This document shows positions 1 to 16,481 of a stretch of 64,000 nucleotides of DNA, piece by piece. The notes under the pieces were generated by a model. That model worked only from the letters and a program-made list of their open reading frames with translations, had not been told where the DNA came from and made no database searches. The stretch comes from Yuukianura sp. NJ FZ-2021. Lineage: Eukaryota. Where the stretch lies: contig CM102286.1 in the NCBI GenBank assembly GCA_046563655.1, positions 13,888,001 through 13,952,000 of the forward strand, in the 5' to 3' direction. The translations under genes were made by a program, and so were the position numbers. Each line of letters begins with the position of its first letter. The stretch's first letter is position 1.

Positions 1-1041
1 TTTTAGCGATGAAGCGATGAAGACGCTTCTCTTTTTTGTTCGTCTGTAACCACAAGTCTTTTCAAGTTCTTTCTTTTAGAACTAAAGATACACAGAGGCT
101 GGAGAGCTTCATCTTCATCTTAGAATCAAAAGGAAGTGAAAGTTTGTCTTTCGCGCTAAAAAAAATTATTTTAGAAAGGCACTAGCTTAGTTCTAAAAAA
201 TCTTTTAGGAAAGTAACAGACCTACTACCGTCCAAACTTCTTGACACTTTTAGTGTTGTCGTTACATGCGGACATGGACGTCGAGAGGGATCAGCTTTCT
301 AAAAAAAACGCCGTTTTAAAAAGTCACTTTGTCTAAAAGATCACATACACCTTTTACTTTACTTTCTTTAAAAAAAGTGTTTCATCCTGCTCATGTCTTT
401 CTTGAACAAATTCTAATTTCTCAAGGGATTTATGCTCTATAAGGCTAACGTTCCGTAGTTACTCCCTCCATCTCATCTTTCCTCGTACGAAACGCACTTC
501 TTCATCTCCAATTCAATTGAATTCCATGGTTCACACAAAAAACTGTGCTTCCAGTGCGAGTCCCTGAACAGAACACAATGGATTTAAAAAATATGGTAGA
601 GCGGGGAAACTGAAAAAAGTCGGGAGAATTAAGATACCTTTGAACATTGAAAAAGTTTCCTCCAGGAAAAATAAATCTTTTTCTACTTTTTGGACAAAAA
701 GGAGAAAAGAGAAAGAAATTGCAATCAGAATTTCTGATTGAAAATCTTACGAAACTTATTTTGGCTCCATTTGTTAAACCCACTGTTCCTTTTCTTTTCT
801 GTTTTTTTGTGCAAAAGCAAATGTGTGTCGTTTTTGAAAAGAATTTTGTTGGTAAAGCATCTGCCTAAACGAGAGTAAGTGAAGTTTTGCGGAAGTGAAA
901 TTTGAGAAAAGCGTGGTTCTTTTTAAATTCAAAACCGATAATGATCGGTGATACTCTTAACCTGAAAAGTGTGTTGTAATAATAATATATATTTTTATTT
1001 TATTAATTTATAATATTTTGTGTTCACCTGATATTTTCTAG

Positions 1042-4000
1042 AGAGCCGAACATCCTACTACCACCGCCTGAATTCATTGTGAAACAAATTACTCAGCCAC
1101 GCTTCGTTTTGTTGGTCGAAGAAACCGGAAACATGAATCTACGGGTACGTTACTTTTCTTTTCAACTTGAATTTTGGCGCCACATATTTTCTGCTTTTTG
1201 AAAAACACACATATTTTGAAAACGAAAATACCGCGATAGCTATGTTTTGGCAACTAAGTTATAAAAAATGAGGTGATAATTTCCGTGATGTCAAAAAAAT
1301 GACATTTTATCAGTCTTTATTTTGAAATGAATTTGATGGCATTTGAAATTTCGAAATTTCCTGTCAACTGAAAAACGGTTTCGAAAACATCATTAAAGAA
1401 AAAATAGTCCGAGTGATGACAATTTTATGCGCATGCGCGTCGTTCAACAAATGTCTTTTTTTCATTGATGAGTTTATGGCACATTTAGTAACACTGTGCA
1501 CAGTATCTGGAACACGAATAAAAAATGTCATTTTTTCTACGGTTGATTTTGGCTTTTTGGCTCATCCTCAAACAGAATCTGTTCAGAATAAAGAAAAAAG
1601 AATCTACATGATAATGGACCGAGATTTGAAAGAGTAACGACGACATGATGTTTTGGGCATAAATTCTGGCGGGAAGGGAAATTCAAAAAACAAAAAAGAA
1701 ATTGAGTCATTTTAAATTTTCTACGCCTGTCCCGATTTTCTACTTCGATTGCCATTGAAAATCTAAAAAAAGGAGAACTAACTTTTTATTTTTTTTTACC
1801 GTAGGATGTTTGGAAATTTTTGAAATTGGCTGTACGGAAGTTCATAAAATACGATTTACCAACTGGAACTCAACTGGGGATGATTGCCATTAGTACTTCG
1901 GAAGTTCGGGTTTTGGCCAACATGACATCTCTCCAGTCACTATCCATCCGAAGAGCTTTGGCAGACAAATTACCAAACTACCCAAACGTCGATAGCGGCG
2001 GAAACATCTCACTCCGACGCGGGATTTTTCAAGCTGTTGAGGTACACACGCACAAATTTTAAAAAAAATTGAAACCAGACCAATATTTTACACCTCGAAT
2101 GACACAATTACAAGCCGCCCATGAATCAAGCATATCTTATGTGTACTGGAATCGGCATCGACAAAAGAAAATTTCAGAAGTTTCATTCGGCATATAGTAG
2201 AGTTTCAATTGTGAATTTTACTTTCAAAAGTTTTTCCCGCTTTTTTTCTAGGTTTTGAAACGAAACCAACAACGACCTGCTGGATCCGTAATTATTCTTC
2301 TAAGTCAAGGCACGGTGTCCACCGTGGAATTGGAAACGTCCCTGGAGTTACTTCGGAGCGAAGAAGTCTCATTGGCTGCAATTGAGTATCCATCATTAGG
2401 TAAGCGGTCGACGTCTGTTTTCAAAAAAACGCGGGAAAAGAAACGAGAGCTTTCAACTTTAGTAACTTCCTGAACAGTTTCATTGGGATTTCCTGTTCTG
2501 CTTTGATTTTTTTTTCCTAACGAAAATTGAGTAGTAGCGGAACATCTCCAGAAGTATTACTCGCAGAGCCATACTGGCAGTTTTCTAGAAAAAAAAAACT
2601 TGTTTTTTGTAGAAGTTGAACAAAGTGATTTAGATCAAAATTTTCTCCAGAAGATTTGTCGGATTTCGACGAAAGAACGAGAGGGAAGGAATAGTTGTGA
2701 AAGTGGACTAGAAAAAAAGAAAAGCAGCACCAAATGGTTTTTTTCTTCTTTTTTGCAGAAATCGTACCGAAACTGACATTTGTTTTTTTCTTTTTTGAAT
2801 TTTGGAGCCTAAAATCGGGGTTGTTGACCTTTGCCCGAACTTTTCTCCCTAGCTTACCCTACTATTGATGTATGTTTTCCCCAAAGGAAAGTAGAAAGCA
2901 AGAGTGGAGCAAATAAGTTACGAAAGTGAAAGCTCAGACTTTCCCGCCCTTTTTCCAAACCGAAAATTTAGGAAAAGTCGGTCGTTTGTAGCAGGAGGCT
3001 TTTTAGAGTAATGTTCTTCTACTTTTAGGATTTCGCTATTTATGTTTCTACTAACAAAAAGCGTTTTTGAGCAAATCAGAGATTTAGATGTTTAGATCAA
3101 CTGGAACTTACTCCTTACGTTTTTCAAAATTCGGTGTCCAAATAATGTCATTTTTTCCACAAAACAGTTTCGTTCAAAACGAAACTATTTGGAGAGAGAC
3201 GTTTTTGAAATGTCGGTTTTTTTTGAAATTGAAAATTTGCGCCAGTGAACCTAAATTAGCAAATCAATGAGTCGTGCTCTTATGGCTTTTGAACCTCTTG
3301 GTTCACTGACCTTTTCAAAATTGAAAAACATTTATGAGCTAAAAGACTACTTTTTTGAAGTTCAGATTTTCTCGCTTCGAAAAAAAAAACTACGCGGCTG
3401 TGCCGATTCATTTTTGATTTAGTGGTTATAGCCTTTTTCAATATGGGCAGAGAGTCTATTTCCGTTTATTTTTCCAAATCCCGCCAAAACTTAAGTAGCT
3501 CCGAAATGGAAACTTTCTAAAATCGAAATCTAAAATGGAATGGATTTTTTAACTGAATGGCTGAAAAAAAAGGGCTAAAAAGTTAAAGAAATCAAATTCT
3601 AAAGGCTATTCTTCAATTAATGGTTGAACTTTACTACTTTATTTTGTTGTTATACGATGCGCGCATGAGTCTAAAAGGTTATACAAGTTTTAGAGTACTG
3701 CGCCGCTGGTTTTTGAACCTTTGTGATTTTTTTCACCACTGTGTGGGTGACAAATGGAGTAAGATATGGCACCGTGCTACGCCGTATATTTTATGACCAA
3801 TGGAATGAAATAAGGAGGTTGGATTACCCTCATGGGAACAAACTGTGTTTTTGTACAATTCAAAAACGCCGTGGCGCCACCACGGTTTTTTTTTCTGTCG
3901 CGGTGAGTTATTACCACCGTCACCCGTGATGCAAGTCGCGTGCCAACTTTTTGAGGACTGAAAAACACAAGGGGAAAGTGAGAAAGTGATAAACTCCTTC

Positions 4001-7000
4001 CGGAGTTTAGGAACGTTTTGACAAGGGGAAAATTTGAATAATATGAAATGTAATATTTATAATACAAAATTGTTGTTTTTTGAAATTTTTCCAGGAGATG
4101 CCAAAATTTCGCAATTGGCCGAAGGCACCCATGGTCCACATTTTGCAATCAGAGAAACCGGCGTTGGACCTACAACGCACATGTCAACATTTGTCCAACT
4201 CATCAACGCCCTCATGTCAATTCAAACCTTTTACACAGAGGATGTTGCACTCAACTGGCCAACAATGGTAAAAAAAAACGCGCCAAATTTTTTTTTGAAA
4301 TTTCCTCTCAAAACCATACCGAGGTCAATGACCTCCATGTCCCCGCTGTGTAACCATCATCGCCCTCATCCTCTCTACCTCATGTATCTCCGCGGGATAT
4401 CTTTTGAGACTTCAAAATTTCCTGAAATCTGAAAACTCAATGTAACCTAATGTAAAGCTAACCTATAATTTTGAATTGAATGTAGATTCATCAAGCAGAG
4501 TACCGCGGTGACTCCAGAAGTTACATCGAGTCCAACTTTAGTTTTGAATCGACGTCGTCCCAGTCTCCAGCCGAGTTCTTCATCTACACTTCCAATCCAA
4601 ATGATCCCAAAATCAATAGTGTGGAACTGATGAGTCCCAATGGAGTCAAGTACACAACACAACTCTCAGACCTACATGACATCAATGTCATCAAAATTGA
4701 TGCTTCAATCAATGAGGTAGAAACAACTTGTTTCAAACAACTTCCCCAAATCAAACTTTTTTTTGGGCTCCAAATGTCGATTTTTGAAGCTGGAACAAAA
4801 AATTTCCAGAGATTTCCTTGAAATTTCCAAACAGAAAGTCAAAATTTTGTTCAAGTTGAGCAGAATTTTGAAGAGAGTTGTAGTTGGTGAGGTTTTAATT
4901 TACTGTTTTTTGTGTGTGTTTTTTTTAATTTAGCCGGGCGTTTGGCGCTACCGAATTGAGCGGTTGGCAGACTCTCATCAATCACACTTTGTCCAAGTCG
5001 TGACTAAAACTTCATCAGAGGATTTGACAGTCCACCTCTATTCGAATGTCAATGAAAATAAAGTTACCAATTTGAGTCTTACGCCTTTGATCCTGTTCAC
5101 TGAGGTGAGTTAACATTGAAGTAACTGAAAAGAAGCTTTTCAGTTTTAGGTTTTGTGTGCAGAGGTGCATGCATAGACGCAGTCATTTTCTTTCTTGCCA
5201 ACAACTTCATTTTCACTTTAATCCATTTGGAGTCTTCCCTCTCTTTTCATTTTCGTCCATGGTGATGAAGTAGGGATTAACGTTACCATCTATGGAGGGG
5301 GATTCGTTACCAGAAACGTGTTCATCCCATAGTTTCCTTCATGCCAAATTGAAAACCTACCCTATTTTCAATAAAACTAACTCTTTTTGCAAAAAAAAAA
5401 GCTATCCGCTTCTCAAAAAACACCCCGTTTTTAAATTTTTACAAAAACCTGGCTAAAAAGTAAGTACCTTCAAAAACTGCAGAAACTGGAAAGGCTTTGT
5501 TAGCTTTTAGACCAAAATTTTGTGTGGCATTTTTGGCATTTACAAAAAAAAACATTCTTTTTATATTTTAGGTGAAACGCAAAAATTCTCCAGTGATTGA
5601 CGCAGAGGTGGAAGTCGTAATCGTCGCAGCCAATAAGAAATGGACACTGAAACTTTACGACAACGGAAATGGCGGTAAGTTTTGAACTTTTAAATTTTGA
5701 AGGCAAGTATCAAGCAACATATGACCAAAAACAAAATTTTAGCCTCTCGGAGGTCATTCCGAAAAAGTCTCTCGTCTTCCGCTACTTCTGAAAATCAGTG
5801 TCAAATTAATTAATGTTTAACTATATTTTGTGATTCTTAGATCCTGATCTAACGCAGTCTGATGGAATCTACTCACGCTACGTCGTCCTTCCCCCGGACT
5901 CACCACTTCACAGCTCGAAATTTCCGCTCGAGTCGTCGTCAATCCCTATCGAGCCAAGTTCATCGTCGTCAGTCAAGATCCAGGAACTGGCCCCCCGGGG
6001 TCACAGGTCAAAGAACCTTGTTGCGGATCTGTCCTGTCACCACCAGATCCTAAACAACAGTACAAGATTGTTCCCTTTGGGGAACGGACAAGCAATGCCC
6101 TACTTGTAAGATTCTCCGACGTTCCGCCGATTGGTCAATACCCTCCTTCCAGAATTGGTGACCTTCGTCTCGAAGAGGTTGACCCATCGACTAAAAGTGT
6201 AACTCTGGCATGGACAGCTCCAGGAGAAGACTTTGACCAGGGCATAGCCAGTTCTTATAGAATCTACATGAGTGTGGACTCACCTAACGAAGACTGGAAG
6301 TTACTCCAAGAGGTCATAGTTGACCTAGAGTCGGGCGCAGAAGATAATACGACGATTAGTCTACCCTACTTTGGTTCATTTTTGTTAACCATGGGAGCAG
6401 TGGATACGTATGGAAATGCTGCCAAGATGTCAAATATTGTTCGGGTGACGCTGGTCCAGCCGCCGAAAGAGTCCGAACGAACTTATAGCTCTGTTAATCA
6501 AGGCAGTAGCTTAGGAATTACGAATACGACGCCACCATCTGCCGAAGATTTGAACAGACTCAGCTTTGTCTTCATTATCATCTGTGCCGTAGTGTCCATG
6601 ATTCTCATTTCACTGCTCATTGTTTTCCTAGTTTACTGTCGAAAGTTATCCAGAACGTCTAGAAAGTCTACTGGAAAGGGCGGAGCCAACGAAGGCAAAA
6701 TCGCTGCAATCGCTGATCCTAAAAGTCCAATTCACTGGTCAGCCTCTGAGTTACTCGGAGAGCACGAAAAGCGCCACAGTCTCTATGGCGGGAACGCTTC
6801 ACCAGAGTCCAAACACTTTAGTCATCACTCTATAAATTTGAATCTTGGCGGGTCAAGTCCAACGGATGGACATGGTGGTGGTATTCCCGGGAACAATGAG
6901 TACATAATGACAATGGGCACTGGAAGTAGTCCCAGCAGGCGCACAAGTAGTCCAGACTCATACGATGATCCAGAGAGCCCAGCTCCCGTTCCAGTATCCG

Positions 7001-7332
7001 TTCGGCATCGGCCAGATTATCCCCCCATGGGTCAAAGTCAAGGTCACGGTTATCATCATCCACCGCCTTCACATCTACAGTACCACCATTACCAAACACC
7101 ACAAAACAATAGTGGCTACCCCATGCAACACCACCAGCACCATCCTGGTGCTATGATACACCCAGCTAACCGATTTTCAATTAATTCAGGAATTAGTAGC
7201 TCCTCCCCCCTCCCGATGCACCACCAAAATGGTGCCCCACCGCAGAGGTCACACTTAGCCCACTATGACCCGGAGCTGCAGGGGTCACTGACCTCGGTAA
7301 ACAGCAAAAAGAGAAACATTACGATGGTATAA
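1042..7332 (+). CDS. Calcium-activated chloride channel regulator (CLCA)-like protein, 3' part (5' exons not identified, probably upstream of the window). Exons approx. 1042-1144, 1805-2041, 2252-2399, 4095-4267, 4486-4716, 4934-5104, 5572-5674, 5841-7332
   Basis: Spliced translation gives a vWA start (PPPEFIVKQITQPRFVLLVEETGNM), PGVWRY, the CLCA signature LYDNGNG-DPDLTQSDGIYSRY, PPSRIGDL and the FN3 motif LAWTAPGEDFDQGIASSY. These are followed by a TM helix (FVFIIICAVVSMILISLLIVFLVYC) and a His/Pro/Gln-rich tail. Intron phases are compatible GT-AG. Confidence 0.88.
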
Positions 7333-8642
7333 AGACATAAACTCTCCTCATAAGCTCATTTTGTTAGGTTTTAGGGTAACCCTAAAACGTAACTTTTCCC
7401 GCCTGTAATATTTAATTGTAAGAAAGTAAATTCAAAAAATTTAATGATCTCTATATAGGTTCATGTGTAATTAGACTATTAATTTTAAATATAAAATTTA
7501 ATCAATGAGTTTTAATCTAAGTTCAAATTCCTTTTCGATATATTTCCCAAAGTATATAATATAGCCTACAGCTGCCTGTAATTTAAATTTCCTAAAGTAT
7601 TTAATTAGTAATTAACTAGTAATGCCGACTTCTGCATCTTATTTATCAAGTTGTCTCAATTTCTGCTTTCAATCTAGTCGAAAGTTTAATATTTGTACAT
7701 GCCCACTTGGACTGGTTTAATGAGCTGAATTTTCTTTTTCAAAACTCATCAACTCATTTTTTTAAGTTTCGAAAGATGCCTCGCCTCATTGAAATTTAAT
7801 TAGACGTTCTTACAATCTACATATTATATAAAATAGTACAATTAAAATATTTATTCATTACTATCTGACTGTTCAGTACTGTTTGACCCAATGAATTTAA
7901 ATAAAATCTAATAATTAATAATTTTAAATACTTAAGGACGTGTGCTATATGAATCTAATAAACAATAGTCGTTAAATTTCAACAGTAATTTAGTTTTGTA
8001 CGTTGAGCCTGAGCGGAATGATTTCGAGAGGCAATTTGCGTATTTGCCGCCATCACGTGCCAACCTTTGAACGAAAATCAAACATTCCAAACTGCACTCG
8101 TTTCGATGCCATACACCTAGTTCAACAAAGAGCAACGGCTTTAAAAGGCGTGTAGTTTGGAAAATGACAAAGGGACGTGGATTTGTTCTCCGAGTTGAGT
8201 CTTCTTGAGTGGTTATTTGTATGGGAGAAATTGCAAGTCACTTTACTTTCACTTTCCGCTACTTTTTGTGGCACTTGTTTGTAAATTCGCCATTATAAAG
8301 TTTAATCATTAATTTGTTAAGCGGAGTAATAACTAGGTTTTAAAACGTAAGTAATTGAACATAACTTTGACCAGTTTGTAATAGTTAATGAGTTGGTAAG
8401 TCACACGGGGACGTGATAGGTATCAATCTTATACATTACTACAAAAAGCATAATTTCTTCGTAATCTTCCACCAGTCAGCTGACCCGTGCCGTGTATCTT
8501 TGTCGTCGTCATCCACTTTACTATCAAACGTAAGTTGTATTAATTTCTGGGGTGTTTGATGTTAGAAATTATTCTACTAATTGATCTGATAGTACTTGGA
8601 TTGGATTGATATTTTGCTTTGGTAAACCAAGGATAACCAAAA

Positions 8643-10872
8643 ATGGCGGATGAAGCAACCCCTACTGATCAAGCAGCTCAAGGTGCTGCACCCGACGTGA
8701 TGACGATCAATGTCAAAACGCCTAAAGAACAACATAAAGTGGAAGTTCCAGTGAATGGTTTTGTAAAGGATGTAAGTGTAAACTGAACATTGACCTATAA
8801 GTTAATATAAGTTGTATGTTAATTCAGTTTGTAATTGTCTAGTTGCGGGCGAAAGTATCCGAGAAGTTCAATTCCCCTGAAGAGTTGCTGTGTCTCATCT
8901 TTTCCGGGAAGATCATGAAGGACAACGAGACCCTCTCTAGTCATAAACTGGCAGATGGGTATACGGTACATTTGGTGATCAAATCTTCAGCAAGAGGCCC
9001 ACAAGAACCATCATCAACTTCTTCCGGTTCTAGTTTTGCTGCTCCACAGCAACCCCAGTCTACACCATCAGCGAACAACCTAGGAGGACTTGGTAACCTT
9101 CCACTTATAGACTTATACATTTGCCTTATTGCTTAGTTTAATAATTGTTTTTACAGGAGGTCCGAACATGATGAACGCTTTCGGATTACCGAGTTTGGGT
9201 GACCTGGGACTTGGAGGGAATTCTATGGCAGAAATGCATCAGCGTTTTCAACAAGAACTCATGAGCAACCCGGAGGCAATGCGTCAAGTTCTCGACAGCC
9301 CATTTGTTCAGCAAGTGATGAGTTCTCCCGACATCATTCGATCCTTGCTAAGTGCTAATCCACAGATACAGCAATTGATGGAGGTGTGACAACAAATTAC
9401 AGCAATTGATTCTGGTTCCTGCCTCTAAACATTTGTTTTCTTGTTTGCAACAGAGAAACCCAGAACTGAGTCACGTTTTGAATAATCCAGAAGTGTTGCG
9501 ACAGAGCATGGAGTTGGCTCGAAACCCAGCGGCATTCCAGGAACTGATGCGCACTCAGGATAGAGCTTTGTCAAATCTTGAGTCAATTCCTGGTGGATAT
9601 AATGCACTGCAGAGAATGTACCGGTAAGCCACCCTTCAGTTTTAGTTCCACTTCTCTTCAGACGAAATGTTAATACTTTGTGTATTTCTACTAATGTAGT
9701 GATATCCAAGAGCCGATGCTCAACGCCGTCCAGGAAAGGTTGACTGGAAATCCTTTCGCTGGACTTGTGAATAACAGTAATGGACAAGGTAGACAACAAG
9801 GAGTGGAAAACCGTGACCCGTTACCGAATCCATGGGCTCCACCACCAACCGCTGGAACAACTCCTAGTTCTGGAACTAACGCTGCGACACCCCAAGCTCC
9901 ACCAACTGGAACCAACACTCCACGAGATGCTCTTGGAATGTCAGGACTCATGCAGCAAATGATGCAGAATCAGGGAGCAATGCAAGGCCTCATGAATTCT
10001 CCTATGACTCAACAATTCTTTGAGGCCATGGCTAACGACCCCAACTTGACCCAGCAAATCTTCTCCTCCAATCCTATGTTTGCTAACAATCCGGCTATGC
10101 AAGAGACGCTAAGAAATATCACACCGACACTGATGAATCAATTGAGGGATCCAGAATTTCAACAAGTTCTCAGCAACCCAGCCGCTCTGCAGGCAATCAT
10201 GCAGATTCAACAAGGTATTGAACAACTCCGCGTCGCTGCACCAGGATTTGCCAACAGGTAAGTCATACTGCCAACATTTTGTACTGGTTGATTGACTCAG
10301 TTCAACATCTTTTTTTCGTTTCTAGTCTCGGATTTGGCTCTCTTCCGACCAATCCTTTGTTTGCAAATGCTGCTGCAGCGGCTGCTGGAACTGGAGCAGC
10401 ACCCGCAGCCCCAAACCCAACTGCTGCAGGTACTGGAACTGCTCCGACTGGAATGGGAAACGCTACGTCTCCATCAAGCGATGCTACGAATCAGAATAAC
10501 CCGTTTGCTGGCTTGGGAATCAATCAAGATGCGCTGAGCCAATTTATGAACACAATGGTATGTTAGAATTATATACTTGAAACTATCCTTCATACTTGCA
10601 AAATGCAAATACTTTGAGTAGAACTTTAACGTAGTAATTTTGATCTTTAGTTCAGCACATTGGCCCAAGGTGGTCCACCGGGAGCAGGAGGCGGAGTACT
10701 TGGAGGAGCCGCTGCTGTGCCACCAGAAGAACGATATCGAACCCAAATGGAACTACTGATAGGCATGGGATTTACAAACCGTGAGCAAAATCTCCAAGCT
10801 TTGATTTCTACATTTGGAGACATCAATGCTGCCGTGGACAAACTTGTTGCGAATCAGTTTCCGCAATCTTAA
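8643..10872 (+). CDS. UBQLN: Ubiquilin (UBL-STI1-UBA shuttle factor). Exons approx. 8643-8771, 8843-9092, 9157-9383, 9454-9623, 9700-10257, 10326-10557, 10651-10872
   Basis: UBL (INVKTPKE...[12 protein letters not shown]...TVHLVIK), STI1 repeats ([53 protein letters not shown]), C-terminal UBA ([42 protein letters not shown]). Confidence 0.96.
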
Positions 10873-11482
10873 ACTTTCATTCAATGTTATTTGAATTACT
10901 AAACCTTGGTTTAATTCATCAGTGTCACGATGAAGGTCCACGACTCGTTCATTTTCTTTGGACAAGATTTACCTACAACTTTAATTTTAAATGAAGTTTC
11001 TTTCTGCTTAACTTGTTTCTGTTTCTTTTCTTCTCAAAAGTCGTAAAAAATGTTGCAATTGTTCTCAACTTTTCGATCGAGTCGTTGACATTTGTCGTAT
11101 TTCCGTTTAATGAATGAGTTACTGCACTTAAAACTGCTAAACCACTGGTAACATCAAAATTGGAATTATTATTGTGGTTTCGTTTCAAATTTTTTTTTTT
11201 ATCGAATCCGTAACAAGAAAGAGAAGAAACGGTTTAAGCAGTTGTTGGATAATAGTTAACTACAAATTTATTTATGCGTAATTACATTTCAATATAAAGT
11301 TAAAGTAAGTTAAAGGATTAACTTGTATTTTACCCCACAATGGATCCAGTTTTGAGTAAGAAAATAAAACTGGAGAGGTCAGTTTTGAGCGTAGATGAAA
11401 ACTTACGAAATAGTTGCGGTTTTTGCGAAATCAGTCTTAAAGTAAGTTAACTACATCAAAACCTCAATTAATCGGTAACGTA

Positions 11483-12882
11483 TTAACCGTCATCTGGAAA
11501 TATGAGAATCGCTGCACATATGACGCTGAATCCTAATATGAAACTAATTAGTTTTGGTAGATGCAAGTGACCAGCTCGGAACTCATTTGGAAGTACTTCC
11601 AGGAAAGTGACGTACAGGAATGTTCCAGCCGCCATGCCCTGAAGACTTCCAACAATTAGCGATCCTGAAAGCGTTTCCAGCGATGTCACGATCAGTCCAA
11701 TTCCAATTCCTATTGGAGATGCAATGGCAAAGACGGAACCGAACAGCATCGACTTCATAGTGCTCATTGGACTTTGACTTAACGTCAGACCCAGGCTGAA
11801 CGCAATGACGATTTTGTGGATAAGCAATGCTCCGGTAATCTAAAAAGAATAACATAACTATAATTTTAATTTATTTTTAGAACAAGAATGCTTCATGTTC
11901 TTGCTGTGCTGTGGCCTCGCCCCGGGTTTGGGGAAAGCCGTAAAGTGTATTTTCCTAATTTATAAAAAATTAAAATTTTCCAAAATATTCTCTTTTTTAA
12001 AAGTCCATAGTTAATTTTTTAGTTTTTAGCATTACCTGCAGTACACTCTCAACGGTATTCTCCACTCCTATGGCAATTCCTTCAAAAACGGAGTGAACAG
12101 ACAGTGCTAGGATAAGTGCCACTACTCTGATGGATGTGTTTTGTTCATGGTTCATGACCTCTGGAGGTGGAGGGGGTGACTGTGACCTTTGTCGGTATAT
12201 GATTGGTTGGCTCTCGGCGTCACCTTGACCTTGGTCATGGTCGCCCTCTGGCTCTGGAAGATAATAATTCAACTCCCGGAAGTATGAAATGATTTGCTCA
12301 ATTGTCAACAACAGGAAGAATCCCAAGGCTATTGTGAATTCTGGAATTGGGAAATTCACCCCTGTAACTTCAAGTTCATCAAGTGCATCCTGTGAACAAA
12401 ATTATAATGAAATACTGACTACTGCCTAAATTGTGTCTTTGATGTGTTGACCTTTGAACAATTTTAGAAACTTACGTCCAGAATCTGTCGTACGTCTGGA
12501 AATAAGTGAAGAAGGCACGTTCCAAGGAAAATTCCAGCAGCAAAACAGTTGAGTATGCTCACCAGCGATTTGTACCTAGAACAAAGTGCAACAATGTTTA
12601 AATCAGTTGACCTCGCTCATAGTAATAGCATCAGCGCATGCGCAGAATGAATAATATTCTGCTTCTTGAAGATTAGACGGAAGTAGAATGTTTCGTTAGT
12701 TAAGTTTCATTTAAGTTACATTTTTGTGCGATTTGCGAAATTCTTAATTACCTTGCAGAATGAAACAAATCGATTCCTCTATTTTTCAGTGTTTCTGCAA
12801 ATTTGAGAGGGACGCCAACACAGAACAGAACAATAAGAAATAGCAGGACGAGAATAACTTCCTTCACAAATACAGGATCCAT
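11483..12882 (-). CDS. ZIP-family (SLC39A1/2/3-like) zinc transporter, 4 exons
   Basis: MDPVFVKEVILVLLFLIV..., LNCFAAGIFLGTCLLHLFP, ALSVHSVFEGIAIG, LIHKIVIAFSLG, SPIGIGIG, GMAAGTFLYVTFLEVLP: subfamily II ZIP motifs. Confidence 0.93.
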
Positions 12883-13996
12883 TCCAACTAATTAACAATT
12901 TAATTAAAACAAAAAGTAAACTTTTAGTTAAGTTAGTAAGATTTGCAACATTTAAATTCACTCTCCCACTTCCTTGCTATAGCCTAACCGTGACTAAATC
13001 CCGTTCCCAACTGAAAAGTGATCTCTGAGATCCCATTCCACAGCAAAAACAACCCCACGAAGATGACTAATCGCCAGAAAAATTTATTTGCTCCTCTGAT
13101 ACTGTGTTGTTGTGTTTATTTCCATAAGTCGATATGTCCAAGGTTAACTATAAAAACCCTCTTCTAACACCCTAATGCATGTAAATATTTGAACTATCAA
13201 CGAAATTTGACACTTCAAAGTTATATGGATGACTAAACCATGGAAAATTGAATCAATTGAGTCATTTTCGAATGAATACTTCCGGAATCCGGGCAGACTT
13301 TCCAAATCTAAATTGACAGACGCCTATAAAGTTTAACAAATTGGATAGTTACAATTTGGCCTTTGCCCCTATCACGTGAAGCATGTTCTGCTTGGTATTA
13401 GCTTTGGTTTCTTCTGCAGTAACGAGTTGATAAATAATTAACACAGGATTAATGAAAGTTTTAATCCGGCGTTAACTAATTTGCGATGTTACACTTGCGT
13501 ATTTTTATGCGTGCCACTGTAAGAGAATTAATTAAGCGGATCGCACACAAAGGATTACAGTGTACAAGTCTTGAAATGTGCTAAATGATAGATGAAATCG
13601 TGAAGAATGTGGAGTTCTAACAACAACGTTGTACGAGATTGAGATCAACTTCGGGTCAACTTGCCCCAAACTTACGAAATGTGTCCAGTTCTGGAAATGT
13701 AGGGAGGCTGGAGGATGTGTAGTGGAACGTTTGTTTACAAAAGTTCCCAATGCATTTACACGTGTCAGTGGGAAATTTTGAGCTGGAAAGGCAAACCAGA
13801 TGATTTATAAAATTGACAACACAATTTCGGTTTGTCTAATTTTTCATCAGGTCAATTGAGGTCACATTTATATTTAGTCCTGCGGACTCCAGTGGCCTCT
13901 TATTTGATCAATTGATTGTGTAGTAGTATAGGACGACCGGAGCGCGGACAGTGGAGAAACGTTCGGCTTCATCTTTAAACATCAAAGAGATATTGA

Positions 13997-15500
<1,504 letters not shown>

Positions 15501-16481
15501 TTTGCGTCTTCTGATAAGTTAAGTGCTTCAGTTTTTCAAGTCTGCAACCCTTTTTTATTTTGAACAGGCTACAATAGTCAGTCATTTCTGGTTTGACACT
15601 CTTAAAAAGTATTAATTTTTAAAATTTCCAAACAACATCCACCTTTCAGTCAGTTAAGTCTTATGTCAGTACTACTTTTAGTAATCCTTTACTTTGCAGA
15701 TACGTTTTCTTAAACTATTCTCTATTTACAAAATGTATTCCTCTTAAATAAGTAATTTATTGTGATAACTTACACGCAGAAGAGTACATTGCCAATATTT
15801 ATTGCGAATTGCAAGAAAGTTCGGAAGTTGCGATTCCGAAGATTTGCAAAATTAAGCAAAATGGTGGGTTTTATTTAACTTTAATTGTATTAAATTGTCT
15901 TAACATTTTATAATTCAAGGAATCTAACCAACCCAGAGGAGTAACCTGTGATAAAGTCGTGTTTCGTTTTTGAAAAACCTCGATTTTGCTGGTTTTGTAA
16001 AAATTTTGAAATTTTTAAGGTCAAATTTTCGTAACATGCTAGCAATAACAACTCCTCGTGAAATTTTAAATGTACGAAATGTATTTCTATGCTTGTCTGG
16101 CAATATTTTATTTAATTGTGATTGTGATTCCTAAAAACAGTGCAAGAGAATTCAAAAAATATTCAAATTTTACTGAAATAAAGCAACTCCTAGTTCTAGA
16201 AAAAAGTTTGTGTAGGACAATTCTACGAAAAAGTGGAGTTGAAAGGGCGTTGCCTCAAATTCCATGAACTGGTTTTGTTTCTTAGAAAAAAAAATGGAAC
16301 AACAGAATCAAAGTTGCTCTTAATTATTACCAAGTAGGTCATTATTTGGACCAGTTTGGACACACTTCGTTTTTGGATGCGCAGACGACCTTGAAATTGC
16401 CCAAAAAAATGTAACTCAAGGAATTTGTGGTCCAATTAAACTGAAAATCGTCATCCAGTTTCTGTTTAGCCTCCAAACAAG

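Noticed and set aside
1..160. Weak inverted repeat TTTTAGCG...CGCTAAAA
   Set aside because: Short, degenerate and truncated by the window edge; no TSD can be assessed.
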